Below are positions 35,008 to 45,170 of a stretch of DNA of 64,000 nt, one piece after another. Under the pieces are notes generated by a model. It saw only the letters and a program-made list of their open reading frames with translations. It made no database searches and was not told where the DNA came from. The DNA is from a virus. Both the position numbers and the translations under genes were made by a program. The stretch is from the IMG/VR virus record IMGVR_UViG_3300037317_000025, positions 1 to 64,000 of that record, one strand, 5' to 3'. Numbering within the stretch: the stretch's first letter is position 1; each line of letters opens with the position of its first letter.

Positions 35008-37132
35008 GCGATTGCGGGCGGTGCTCTGGTATGCCGCCGATGGGAAATGCCAGGTATGCGGGTGTGACCTGGGTGATGATTGGCACGCGGATCATATCGT
35101 GCCGTGGTCGGTATCAAAACGAACGAATGTCCACGAGATGCAGGCGCTCTGCCGCTCGTGCAATTTGAAGAAGGGAAAAAACATGCAATGTTCAATGGTT
35201 GACGTGATTGACTTGTCGGAGGCAAGGCCGGGGCAGCGAGAGGCGTTTAGCGTGTTGTGCGAGCGTGTGCGGCAGGGCGAAGCAACTACTGCTATTGTGT
35301 TGCCCACTCGATATGGTAAAAGTGATGTGATGCGCCTCGCGTCAATCCAGTTGCTATCAGAGGGAATCATCAGTAAGGCATTCATCCTCTCGCCACAAGA
35401 GACATTGCGCAAACAGGTAGTGACCAGGAGAAAGATCGATGAAATGAATCGCCGCTATAAAGTGATGTTCAAGCCGGGAATGCGAACACTCGCAACCTGG
35501 CCTGGCGACAAAAGCCTCCACAGGAAAATAACCCCCAATGATGAATCTATTGTCTCGACCACTATTCAACTTATGAATTCCTGGAGAGATGCGCAGCAGG
35601 GTATTGTTGACTACTTTGAGAGCCTGAAGAATAGAACGGGCAAGAATGCACTGGTGTGCATTGATGAGGCACACACCGTATCGTCTGGCAATGAATGGGG
35701 CAAGACAATCGCAGTCATCAAGGATTATGTGCATGTCGCCCTCTTTACGGCCACCCCTGTGCGTGAAACGGGTACACTCTATGGGTTTCGCTACGAGACC
35801 GCCAAAGAAGAGGAGATTACTCAGTGTGTAACCCGCCCCGGAAAAACAGAAGACACTGTTATCGTTGACCTGTATTCTGGCACCCGATCAGAAATACGCC
35901 TCATTCCAGACCACGAAACCACGTTCGCTGATGCATGGGCGGAAACCCCTTCCCCGCTTTGCGAGGTGTCGAGATTGCCAGTAGATGTAGACATGGAAAA
36001 GATAGAGGCTGCTAATGTGGAATCTGGAGTTAAGTTGTCTGAGCTTTCAGAGACAGAAGCACGCCGAGTCTTGCGAGTGACTAGCCGTGACACGATGGTT
36101 ATTCACGAGGTGTGCCGCCAGATGATCGCCGCATTGCAATTGTTCCGTCAGCGTGATGAGCGGTGTGCGGCCATGGTCTTTTGTGGGAACGACACAGGGG
36201 ACGACGATAGCCAGACAAATGAGCACGCAAAGCGTATCCAGAAGGTTATCGCTGCAATGGATTCGTCATTGAACGTCTTGATTGCAACCTCGAAATCCGG
36301 CAGCGATAACCTGGATGATTTTGCGAACGAAGAAAAGAATAAGGGCGATGTGATTATCGTCAAGCAGATGGGTGGTGCTGGCCTTGATGTGGGTCGCGTG
36401 AAGGTTGTTGCCGACCTGTCTTCTGTTCGTACCTATGGCGCATGTATCCAGCGATGGCTACGGGGAGCAACTATCTTTTCTCCTATCCGGCATATGGTAC
36501 TGGTCACACTTGATGACATCCTCTCTCGCGCCAATTTTGAAAAGGTCGTTGGTGATGTAGGAGGGCAAACGGTTACGAGTTTGCAGGAGCTTTTGAGCAG
36601 CTATGAGAAGGAGCGGGTAGGGAGCGAGAAACCCACCTATGTGCCGATAAGTGCCAGGCATAGCGACTTTGAGGACAATGCACGAAATCAGACCGAAGCA
36701 AGCCGGCTGGATTCTGTGCAAGCGTTGTGTAAGGTGTTCGCTCCGCACGAGACGCGCTCTTATAGTCAGATTTCAAACCTGATGGATAGTCTTGGCATGC
36801 AGATCGTGGTCAAGGAGCCGCTCGCCGGTGCTCATCAGAATACCGATGAGACGGTGCGGCAATACCAGGAGAGTATCATCAATATTCTCGATGGGATTAA
36901 ACCGAGCTTGCAACGCGAGGTCATCACGAATCCCCACAAGTTCCCAGATGTTGATGCTGGTACAGTGACTAGCCGCCTCTATGTTTATGTGTTCAGGATG
37001 GCAGGCATTACCGGCAAGGCATCGGTGCGCAAGGTTGAGAATATTGAAGACTTGCGCCGCCTGAAGCGGGCCGCGTTGATGGTGGAGCAAGATCATCGCA
37101 AGGGAGAGGTGACAGCATGCACGGTTTTGTAG
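34985..37132 (+). CDS. HNH endonuclease fused to an SF2 (DEAH-like) helicase
   Basis: CQVC..HADHIVPW..N..QALCRSCN; then LPTRYGKS, IDEAH, TATP, QRWLRG. Confidence 0.75.
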   Translation: MQRTLRSKRLRAVLWYAADGKCQVCGCDLGDDWHADHIVPWSVSKRTNVHEMQALCRSCNLKKGKNMQCSMVDVIDLSEARPGQREAFSVLCERVRQGEATTAIVLPTRYGKSDVMRLASIQLLSEGIISKAFILSPQETLRKQVVTRRKIDEMNRRYKVMFKPGMRTLATWPGDKSLHRKITPNDESIVSTTIQLMNSWRDAQQGIVDYFESLKNRTGKNALVCIDEAHTVSSGNEWGKTIAVIKDYVHVALFTATPVRETGTLYGFRYETAKEEEITQCVTRPGKTEDTVIVDLYSGTRSEIRLIPDHETTFADAWAETPSPLCEVSRLPVDVDMEKIEAANVESGVKLSELSETEARRVLRVTSRDTMVIHEVCRQMIAALQLFRQRDERCAAMVFCGNDTGDDDSQTNEHAKRIQKVIAAMDSSLNVLIATSKSGSDNLDDFANEEKNKGDVIIVKQMGGAGLDVGRVKVVADLSSVRTYGACIQRWLRGATIFSPIRHMVLVTLDDILSRANFEKVVGDVGGQTVTSLQELLSSYEKERVGSEKPTYVPISARHSDFEDNARNQTEASRLDSVQALCKVFAPHETRSYSQISNLMDSLGMQIVVKEPLAGAHQNTDETVRQYQESIINILDGIKPSLQREVITNPHKFPDVDAGTVTSRLYVYVFRMAGITGKASVRKVENIEDLRRLKRAALMVEQDHRKGEVTACTVL

Positions 37133-37788
37133 CAACACCTGATGCCGCTGAGCAGGAGCGTCGCCAGTCGCTTTATGGGCACCTGGAGCACAAAGAGGTT
37201 GGTAGTCCTGAGTGGTGCTGGCAGATGCTTGAAAAACTCAAGAACCTGTGGAACCGAAAATCACGCTCTGCCGAAGAGCTTCAGCGCACGATGGATGAAT
37301 TGTTTCCTAGCAAGCCCTGGTTGGTTATCCCGAGTCAGGAACCGTATGGCACATCAGAGGCGATGCTAAAGGCGAATGGGATCGACCCGGATGAGTTTAT
37401 CGAGCGGGTGCAGACCATCAGGGAGCGAGTGCAGCAAGCGGAGACGGGCGACAGCTTGCCTAGTGGCGGTGACTATACGAGCGAGGAGGGAAAGCAGAGA
37501 GCATTGGGTAATTTACCCAATGCTCAAACAACAAGAGCAGAACGCAATGGTATAAGCCGTAAAACCCAACAGAAACTCGACCGCCTCGCCCGTGATCACC
37601 CCGACCTGCACGAGCAAGTGCAAGAGGGCGAATTGTCGGTCAACCGCGCCGCTATTTTGGCAGGGTTTACACAACCCACCATGACCGTCCCGAAAGAGGA
37701 CATCCCCGCCCTGGCGCGGGCGCTGCGCAACCGGCTCACTGATGACCAGATAGTTGAACTGATTGACCATCTCAAAGGTGCCGCATGA
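37117..37788 (+). CDS. hypothetical protein
   Basis: 223-aa ORF overlapping the helicase stop. Confidence 0.55.
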   Translation: MHGFVATPDAAEQERRQSLYGHLEHKEVGSPEWCWQMLEKLKNLWNRKSRSAEELQRTMDELFPSKPWLVIPSQEPYGTSEAMLKANGIDPDEFIERVQTIRERVQQAETGDSLPSGGDYTSEEGKQRALGNLPNAQTTRAERNGISRKTQQKLDRLARDHPDLHEQVQEGELSVNRAAILAGFTQPTMTVPKEDIPALARALRNRLTDDQIVELIDHLKGAA

Positions 37789-38087
37789 CCCACCCTATCA
37801 CCTACACAAAGCCCGCCACCTACGCGGGCATCATATGGCGCGAGGCGATCATGCTGCTGCCGAATACTGATGGCTACCTGTGCCCACGGCTGCACCTGCG
37901 CCAATCGCGCAAAGGCAGCGCAACCTGGGATATTGTCGAGTATTGGATTGATAGCAAGGGACGCAGCCATTACGACACGCTGGCGAGCAACCTGCCGCTG
38001 CGTGAGGCAAAGAGCGAAGCCGCCCGCCTGTTGCGCAGCGCTGAACTGGACAACGACGGTCGTGTTGTGGAATGGAGAGAGGTATGA
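37785..38087 (+). CDS. hypothetical protein
   Basis: ATGA-coupled ORF. Confidence 0.5.
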   Translation: MTHPITYTKPATYAGIIWREAIMLLPNTDGYLCPRLHLRQSRKGSATWDIVEYWIDSKGRSHYDTLASNLPLREAKSEAARLLRSAELDNDGRVVEWREV

Positions 38088-38349
38088 CCATTGCAGACCT
38101 CGCCGCCCATGCTCGCCACAAGGCGGCAACCGTGGGTTTTACACACCTGGATCGTGCCGATGCCGACCACTCGTTGGACTATGCCTGGGAGGTGTTGCGC
38201 GAAGAAGGGTATCGCGTGCGTCCCGTCTGGTACGGTGTACCAGACACCGAGCAAGACTGGTTCGTTGCCGCGCCCGATGGCACGGTTGTCACCCTGAGCG
38301 GCGAAGAACTGATTCACTTTGCCGATGCTATACCAGAGAAGGATATACC

Positions 38350-38895
38350 ATGACCCACCAGCTCACCTACCTACCCAGCGCCCAGCAGCGCCAGGTACTC
38401 ACCAGCCAGGGCAGCGCCGAATGGTACACGCCCGCGTGGTGCATTGCCCTGGTGCGGCAGGTGCTTGGCGAGATCGACCTTGACCCCGCCAGCAGCGAGC
38501 AGGCCAACGCCACCGTGCAGGCGCAGCGCTACTACACCGCAGCCGACAACGGCTTGCTCAAGCCCTGGCACGGGCGCGTGTTCCTGAACCCGCCCTACAA
38601 CGGCAGCGCCGCGCAGTGGTCGCGGCGGTTGGCAGCCGAATACGAACGCGGCACGGTGCAGGCAGCGATCCTGCTCGTGTTCGCCAAGCTGGGCTACCAG
38701 TGGTTCACCGACCTGTTTGATCGCTACCCGACCTGCCTGGTGCGCGAGCGCATCTCGTTCGTGAGCGCCGACCGAACTGACACCAGTCAGGCGAAGCACG
38801 CATCCGCCTTTGTGTATTTCGGCCCGGACAGCGAACGGTTCCGCGCCGTGTTCGCAGGCGTTGGCAGAGTTATAGAGCCGGAGGATACACCGTGA
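38350..38895 (+). CDS. phage DNA N6-adenine methyltransferase (Dam-like)
   Basis: EWYTP, IDLDPAS, WHGRVFLNPPY, RISF. Confidence 0.85.
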   Translation: MTHQLTYLPSAQQRQVLTSQGSAEWYTPAWCIALVRQVLGEIDLDPASSEQANATVQAQRYYTAADNGLLKPWHGRVFLNPPYNGSAAQWSRRLAAEYERGTVQAAILLVFAKLGYQWFTDLFDRYPTCLVRERISFVSADRTDTSQAKHASAFVYFGPDSERFRAVFAGVGRVIEPEDTP

Positions 38896-39944
38896 AACCA
38901 TACCACACTGATAATCACGTCACGCTCTACCACGGCGACGCGCTTGACGTGTTGCGCACGTTGCCCGATGAGAGTGTGCATGCGGTGGTGACCGACCCGC
39001 CGTACTACAAAGTCAAAGAAGATGACTGGGATAGGCAGTGGACAAAGCGTGCGCATTATCTGGACTGGTTGCGCACAATTGTTGCAGAGTGGCAGCGGGT
39101 GTTGGTGCCAAATGGTTGCGTGTACTGTTTTGCGTCGCCGGATATGTCCACACACGTTGAGTTGCTAATTGCTGAGTATTTTGCCGTACTAAACAACATC
39201 AGATGGTACAAGCGCGATGGGTGGCACCAGAAAGCGCAAACCGATGCACTGCGGTCGTACCTGTCGCCCTGGGAGGCGTGCATTTTTGCTGAGCAGTACG
39301 GGAGTGATGGTATAGCACTCGGAGAAAGTCAGTATGCAAGCAAGTGCGATGCGTTGCGCGGGTTTGTGTTTGAGCCGTTGCGCGAATACCTGTCTGGTGA
39401 ATTCAAGAAAATGGGGTGGCGCGGCGACGATTTGAATCGTATATGTGGTACTGCTTCGATGGCAGCACGCCACTATATAGCGCGTTCACAATGGTGTCTA
39501 CCAACAAAAGAGCATTACAACTCGTTACAACGGGCAGCAAACGGGCAAGCACTCCGCTGCGAGTATGAAGCACTCCGCTGCGAGTATGAAGACCTCCGCT
39601 GCGAGTATGAAGACCTCCGCCGCGAGTATGAAGACCTCCGCCGCCCGTTTCAAGCGATGGCTCGCCACCGTGAGGACATGTGGCATTATCGCACAGTTGT
39701 ACCGTATCCAGGCAAGCACCCGGCACAAAAACCGCTTGCAATGATGATGGATATTATCGAGACAAGCACGCGAGTCGATGCGGTTATCCTGGATTGTTTT
39801 GCAGGCTCCGGCACAACCCTGGTTGCCGCTCGTGACCTGGGGCGGCGGGCTATCGGCATTGAGATGGACGCGGGGTACTGCGAGACGATTGTGGGCAGGC
39901 TCGCACAACAAGCACTGCCGCTGTTCGGAGAGGAGGAGGCGTGA
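38892..39944 (+). CDS. DNA N6/N4 methyltransferase (beta class)
   Basis: VTDPPY, KHPAQKP, LDCFAGSGTT. Confidence 0.9.
   Translation: MKPYHTDNHVTLYHGDALDVLRTLPDESVHAVVTDPPYYKVKEDDWDRQWTKRAHYLDWLRTIVAEWQRVLVPNGCVYCFASPDMSTHVELLIAEYFAVLNNIRWYKRDGWHQKAQTDALRSYLSPWEACIFAEQYGSDGIALGESQYASKCDALRGFVFEPLREYLSGEFKKMGWRGDDLNRICGTASMAARHYIARSQWCLPTKEHYNSLQRAANGQALRCEYEALRCEYEDLRCEYEDLRREYEDLRRPFQAMARHREDMWHYRTVVPYPGKHPAQKPLAMMMDIIETSTRVDAVILDCFAGSGTTLVAARDLGRRAIGIEMDAGYCETIVGRLAQQALPLFGEEEA
39552..39644 (+). repeat. in-frame 21-bp tandem repeat (~4.4 copies; C/R-EYE-A/D-LR)
   Basis: CTCCGCTGCGAGTATGAAGAC-like units. Confidence 0.85.
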
Positions 39945-40090
39945 TGCTGGTATTGTCGCTCTTTCCTGGCATCGGTTTGCTGGACATGGCCTTTGAAGCG
40001 CACGGCTTTTGTGTCGTGCGCGGCCCGGACAGCGAACGATTCCGCACCGTGTTCGCAAGTGTTGGCAGAGTTATAGAGCCGGAGGATTGA
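39944..40090 (+). pseudogene. chimeric fragment: C5-MTase motif I fused to a duplicated Dam 3' end
   Basis: MLVLSLFPGIGLLDMAF then GPDSERFRTVFASVGRVIEPED; 40021-40087 is 63/67 identical to 38820-38886. Confidence 0.65.
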
Positions 40091-40093
40091 ACG

Positions 40094-40882
40094 ATGCCAA
40101 CGCCATTCACGCCGGAAGAGGATGCCCACCTGATTGCTACCTACAGCACACACACGGCCAGGGAGCAGGCCGCCCACCTGGAACGCAACTACGAGAGCGT
40201 TGTGCAGCGCCGCGCTCGCCTGGTGGCAGCAGGCAGGATCGACCCGCGCACCCGTGCGTATATGCCGCGATGGACAGCGCAGGACGACCAGGAGGTAATC
40301 GACATGGTTGAAACGGGCAAGCACCCGCGTGAGGTTGCCCGCAAACTTGGACGCACGGAGACAGCCGTCAAAATCCGCGCCAAGCGGCACCTTGGTGGGA
40401 TGACCTGGCTCAAAAACGCCTGGTATGCACCGATGTCGGCGCGGGACGTGGCGCGGGTGTTCGGGTTGTCATGCAGCAAGCGTGTTGTCATCTGGGTTGA
40501 GCGCGACTGGCTCAAGGCGCGAAAACAGGGACGCAAACAGGCGGGCACCTGGCGCGTCTCGCAGGATGCTATTCTGGACTTCCTGGCGTGTCGGGAGGGC
40601 TGGATGTCCTGGGAGCCAGAGCACATCACCGACCCCGACATCCGGGCCGAGGCGCTGCGCCTGCGTGCCGAAGCGGACGGCCACTGGGTGCGACTGACAC
40701 AATGGGCATGCCGGCGCGGGTATGCCAAAAGCACACCAGATAACTGGATAGAGAAGGGCTTGCTATCGGGTATCAAGTGGGGCGTCTGGTATGTCTGGAG
40801 CGCCGACCTGGAAGCGTTCGTGCCGCCGGGTGAATTGCCGTATCAGCACCGCAACGCGCAACGACAAAAGGAGGCCGCGTGA
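40094..40882 (+). CDS. multi-HTH/Myb-like DNA-binding protein
   Basis: FTPEED..L, WTAQDD..V, EVARKLGRTETAV; excisionase-like HTHs. Confidence 0.6.
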   Translation: MPTPFTPEEDAHLIATYSTHTAREQAAHLERNYESVVQRRARLVAAGRIDPRTRAYMPRWTAQDDQEVIDMVETGKHPREVARKLGRTETAVKIRAKRHLGGMTWLKNAWYAPMSARDVARVFGLSCSKRVVIWVERDWLKARKQGRKQAGTWRVSQDAILDFLACREGWMSWEPEHITDPDIRAEALRLRAEADGHWVRLTQWACRRGYAKSTPDNWIEKGLLSGIKWGVWYVWSADLEAFVPPGELPYQHRNAQRQKEAA

Positions 40883-41458
40883 AACCCAAACGCAACCACA
40901 CGGGCACGCCACACAAGAGCAGCCTGATTGACCGCTGTCAGACCCCGGCGTATGCGCTCGACCCCCCTGCTGCCCTATCTGCCACCGCCAGACGAGCAGA
41001 CGGTCATCTGGGAGCCAGCCGCAGGCGAGGCGTACCTGGCCGGGGCGCTCTATGACCACGGTTACGCGGTGGCACAGTCGGATGTGTTGACCGGGCAGAA
41101 CTTCTTCCGCTACGAACCGTCGGTAGACTGGACGGTGCTCGTCACCAATCCGCCCTATAGTATCAAATATGACTGGCTAGCACGCTGCTACGCGCTCGGC
41201 AAGCCCTTCGCTCTGCTGATGCCCGTCGAGATGATCGCCGCCAGCACCGCGCAACGCCTGTTCAAACAGCACGGCATTGAGATACTGATGCCCGACAAGC
41301 GCATCAACTTCAAAATGCCGAACGCGGGCTGGAGCGGCAAGGGTGCGCAGTTCCCGACCTGTTGGTACACGTTCGGTCTGGGCATCGGCGCACCGCTCGC
41401 GTTTGTGACCCTGCATCGCCGCGCCGAGGGACAAACCACCATGTTCGACGCGGCCTGA
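40879..41458 (+). pseudogene. small adenine methyltransferase with apparent frameshift in a C6 tract
   Basis: GTG 40879 (AGGAGG RBS) frame reads ...DRCQTPAYALDP and continues in another frame as LLPYL..IWEPAAGE..TNPPYS; C6 at 40962-40967. Confidence 0.6.
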
Positions 41459-41687
41459 TTGAAACTTTCGCGCCCCAAAGTTACATTTGCCCACCAGGAT
41501 TGAAAGGAGCGTTACATTCCACCCTGTTCGACGCGGCGTAACTTTTACGCAATCTTTACCAACGACACACGCACGTATATTCGTGCATCCATACACCTCC
41601 ATGCTATAATAACCGAATACCTGAAACCCTTATCAACAATCGAAGGAGCCTCGACTATGCCCGATGTTTACGATCCAACGAACGATC

Positions 41688-42410
41688 CTATTCTTCAGGA
41701 TATTCGTCGTCTGGAAGTTGCTTTTCATACTGCCGCGCAATCGTTAATAGCACGCCGCGTATTGCAGGCAGCGCATCGTCAGGAACTTGCAGCAGCGATT
41801 GCAGCACCGGACGGAACTCCTCATGCTGGAGCATCCACGCCGCGTGCTCACTCGTCCTTTCTGTATCCACTGGCGCGCCCGCCAGAGCGAGCAATCCGGG
41901 AAAATCCGTCTTCATGCCACGACTGAGCTTCCAGAGCTGACTGGCAGACGGTATCTTGCCCGCCAGGATACCGTGTATATCATACACGTCCAACCCGGAT
42001 GCAGCGGCGACCTGCTCCGCTGTCCACGATGCCTGCTGCATCCGTTTCTGGAGCCAGGTTGTCAGCGTATCGCTGTCCGTCGGCAGCGTCGGATTCTCGT
42101 CCTCTAAAATATCCCGCTCTTCGTCCAGGTATAACCGGGCAAAGTGCTCCAGGTCGCCGCCCAGCACCCGCATGAGCTTGTAGGCGTGGCTCAGGTAAAT
42201 CTCACTGAACTGCCTGCCCTCGCCCGCAGGCACGCCCTCCCAGGTTTGCAGCGTGCGCTCAGACACGCCGCACGCCTTCGCCACCTGCTTCTGTGTCATC
42301 CCGGTTCGCCCGCGCAAACTCTTGAGATACGCCGCAATGCGCGGGTTGTAGTCGAGCGGTTGTCGCCCGCCGGTATGCGGTTTCTTGCTTTCTCCATTAC
42401 CATCTGTCAT
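41688..42410 (-). CDS. CI-like repressor with two XRE HTH domains
   Basis: GMTQKQVAKACGVSERTLQTWE; WTAEQVAAASGL...GKIPS. Confidence 0.75.
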   Translation of the reverse strand: MTDGNGESKKPHTGGRQPLDYNPRIAAYLKSLRGRTGMTQKQVAKACGVSERTLQTWEGVPAGEGRQFSEIYLSHAYKLMRVLGGDLEHFARLYLDEERDILEDENPTLPTDSDTLTTWLQKRMQQASWTAEQVAAASGLDVYDIHGILAGKIPSASQLWKLSRGMKTDFPGLLALAGAPVDTERTSEHAAWMLQHEEFRPVLQSLLQVPDDALPAIRGVLLTIARQYEKQLPDDEYPEE

Positions 42411-42505
42411 CTGGTTTTGCTCTCCTTAACTCTTTCCCTCTTGACACAATCTATATGGCGGGTATAATAACCATATGCGCACAATCCTGCGCATATGGAG
42501 GTTTT

Positions 42506-42739
42506 ATGGAATGGACACATCTTCGCCAGACTTTGACACATCTGGCACCGAATGACCGCCAGCGTGCCGCGTTCCTCGGTGGCGTTGGCTTCCGCACAGT
42601 GCAACACTGGCGGCGTGGGCAGCGCATTCCAAAGCTGCTACAGCTTGCGTCCCGTCACCCCGCGCTGGCCCGTGCCATCTGCGCTGATCTTTTGTATGCG
42701 CACGATCCTGCGCATAGTATACCACCATCCGAGGAGTGA
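42506..42739 (+). CDS. Cro-like small regulator
   Basis: Divergent from the repressor; AAFLGGVGFRTVQHWRRGQRIP; GGAGG RBS. Confidence 0.55.
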   Translation: MEWTHLRQTLTHLAPNDRQRAAFLGGVGFRTVQHWRRGQRIPKLLQLASRHPALARAICADLLYAHDPAHSIPPSEE

Positions 42740-43009
42740 ACGATGCACTATAGCACAAAAAATACCTGGGAGCGCCATGGGCAATTCGCCTATTGCGCAA
42801 CCTTCCACCGTGGCACCACGCTGGTGTTGAATCTGAATACCGGACGGGCGGGCATCTGGTATGAAGATCGGTTGATCGGGGAAGCACGAACACTGCACGA
42901 AGCCCGCGTGATTGTTGATCGCTACCTTGCGTTCATCCCCTGCGAGACGTAATGGTTTGCGTATCACCTGTATACTACCGCAAGTCGGAAAGGATACCAA
43001 CGAATACCA

Positions 43010-43324
43010 ATGGATACCATTTTGCCGTACCTATCGACCGTGCTCACCTGCACGTTGTATAGCCTGTTCCTGGCCGGGATCAAGCGGACACGATGGAACT
43101 ACGAACCGGACTTCACCTGGCTCACCGTGGTGGGTGGAAACGCCATCCTGGGCTTCCATCTCTGGTGGTTACTCGGATGGGACGTGTTTGTGGTGGTGCT
43201 CCTGGTGAACATTGCAGGCGGGTTGCCAGTCATTAGCTGGCAATTGGTAGAGTTGATCCAGCGTTTGCACCAGCTACGACAACACAAGGAGGGGATCAAT
43301 GCCAAGGTTGAGGCGCGGCGGTAG
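43010..43324 (+). CDS. membrane protein
   Basis: Three hydrophobic segments. Confidence 0.55.
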   Translation: MDTILPYLSTVLTCTLYSLFLAGIKRTRWNYEPDFTWLTVVGGNAILGFHLWWLLGWDVFVVVLLVNIAGGLPVISWQLVELIQRLHQLRQHKEGINAKVEARR

Positions 43325-43652
43325 AGACTACATTACCCAGACCCAGGACGATCTACGACTGCTCTCGGCGTTCGTCTCGGCACTCAAGTCGTACTTGCCG
43401 CAAGCGCGTAGCGCCATCGCGCTGAACCCGAAGCTGGCCGCGCAGATACTTGAACAAATCCAGCAGCAGACGGACGAAGAAGAGGCGACGGTTGAGCGCC
43501 TGATCGGACGCCTGGGTGATCTGGAAACGATGCTGCAACGGGCTGACGCGGCAAACGAGACAGAGCAACGCCTGGAGCGATTGGAGCAACGAGTAGACGC
43601 ACTGGAGCAGCCTGCTGTAGTGCCGATAAGGGGGAAGGTAGATAATGGATGA
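43299..43652 (+). CDS. coiled-coil hypothetical protein
   Basis: 117-aa ORF with AGGAGG RBS. Confidence 0.5.
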   Translation: MPRLRRGGRDYITQTQDDLRLLSAFVSALKSYLPQARSAIALNPKLAAQILEQIQQQTDEEEATVERLIGRLGDLETMLQRADAANETEQRLERLEQRVDALEQPAVVPIRGKVDNG

Positions 43653-43847
43653 CGAACGTATGACCATGAAATATGTCAACGCCATTGGCGTCATCGGACA
43701 GGTTTTTAGTTTGCACGAGGCGCGGCAAATCCAGAACTTGCCCTCAGATGACCTGTACGCGCAACTGGAGCAACGCGGTTGGTACTGGAACGGACAGACC
43801 TGGGCGCTGGTGACACAGGCGCGGGTTGTTGGCGAGGAGGTAGAGGC

Positions 43848-44609
43848 GTGACCACCATCACTTTCGACATTGAAACGCTGAAGTTTTTCAACGACACCGC
43901 CATCAAACGGATGCCGCGTGAAGCGCAGTTCATGGCACTGGAGTTCGGTTGCGCCGTCGCCTTCATCGACGACGAGCGCCGAGACTACGAAGGGCAGATG
44001 GGCGCGATTGATCTGTGGAACGATCTCATGCAGGCCGATACCATTGTCACCTTCAACGGCCTGTCGTTCGACCTGCCACTCGTGGCCTTCGAGTATGCCC
44101 GCGCCACGGGCGGCTACCCTGGCTGGCCGCCCGCTACGCAGATCGACCTGCTGGACATTCCGAAGCAGGCCACCGGGCGCTGGTACAAGCTCGAAGAACT
44201 GGCCCAGGCGAACCTGGGTCGCGGCAAGACGGCGGACGGGTTCAAAGCCGCTGAATGGCTGCGCTCTGGCGATCCAGTGCAGATGCGCCAGGCGCTCGAC
44301 TACTGCGCCGAGGACGTGCGGTTGACCGCCGCCCTGTGGAGGCTCTGCCTGGACGAACTGCTGATACTGCCACCGCAGCCTGCGAAAAAGAAGTACGACG
44401 GCTACTTGCTCGCCATCGACCCGCACGACGGCCAATGGACACAACTGCACCCGCAGTGGACACGAGCAGGCGCGCAGTGGGTGTTGATACACTCGGATCG
44501 GCGGACAATGAGCGGTGTGGGTGAACCACCGAAGGCGGCGTATGATGATTGGATTGTGTGTCGCATTGCCGATAATGGCACCTGGACACGCGACTACGGA
44601 GAGGACTAA
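43848..44609 (+). CDS. RNase H-like DEDD 3'-5' exonuclease
   Basis: TFDIET, VTFNGLSFDLP, IDLL, DYCAEDV. Confidence 0.75.
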   Translation: MTTITFDIETLKFFNDTAIKRMPREAQFMALEFGCAVAFIDDERRDYEGQMGAIDLWNDLMQADTIVTFNGLSFDLPLVAFEYARATGGYPGWPPATQIDLLDIPKQATGRWYKLEELAQANLGRGKTADGFKAAEWLRSGDPVQMRQALDYCAEDVRLTAALWRLCLDELLILPPQPAKKKYDGYLLAIDPHDGQWTQLHPQWTRAGAQWVLIHSDRRTMSGVGEPPKAAYDDWIVCRIADNGTWTRDYGED

Positions 44610-45170
44610 ATGACACACTCGTTCACCCACGGCGACCGCGTGCGGCTCATCGCAGACACACCCTACAGTGGGCACTGGGCAACCGTTGAGGATATAGCGG
44701 TCGCAAACGGCACCCGTCGCTACTATGTGCGGTTTGATGCGCCGCACCTGAACGGCGATCCCGTGGAGGGCGTATGGGCGGACGAGTACCAACTGGAAAG
44801 GCTGACGGATGGAGCACGTTAAAACATCAATCACCCTCACCCTGAGCGGTGAGGAAACGGACGCATTGGCTCGCGCCATGCAGTTATTTGGCAGCGAACT
44901 GCCGATCAAGCAGGCGCAGATACGTATTGACGCCGAAACCGAAGAAGAAGCCGACTGGCTACACGAGCGCCTGGACACCATCATCGGCACCTGCGACGAC
45001 TCCATTGATGTGACGGCGACGGTTAAGCAAACACTGAAGCGGGACCGCATGACCGAAGTCGAATCGAAGCCCACGCCGATGGACACGCTCTGGCGCGACG
45101 ACGACAGTGAGCACGCCGAACCGCGCATTACGCGGATGGTACCGAACGAACGCGCACAGGAGGCGGGTTG

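Noticed and set aside
39552-39644. 21-bp tandem repeat as a regulatory or CRISPR-like element
   Set aside because: It is an in-frame heptad coding repeat inside the MTase, with no spacers.
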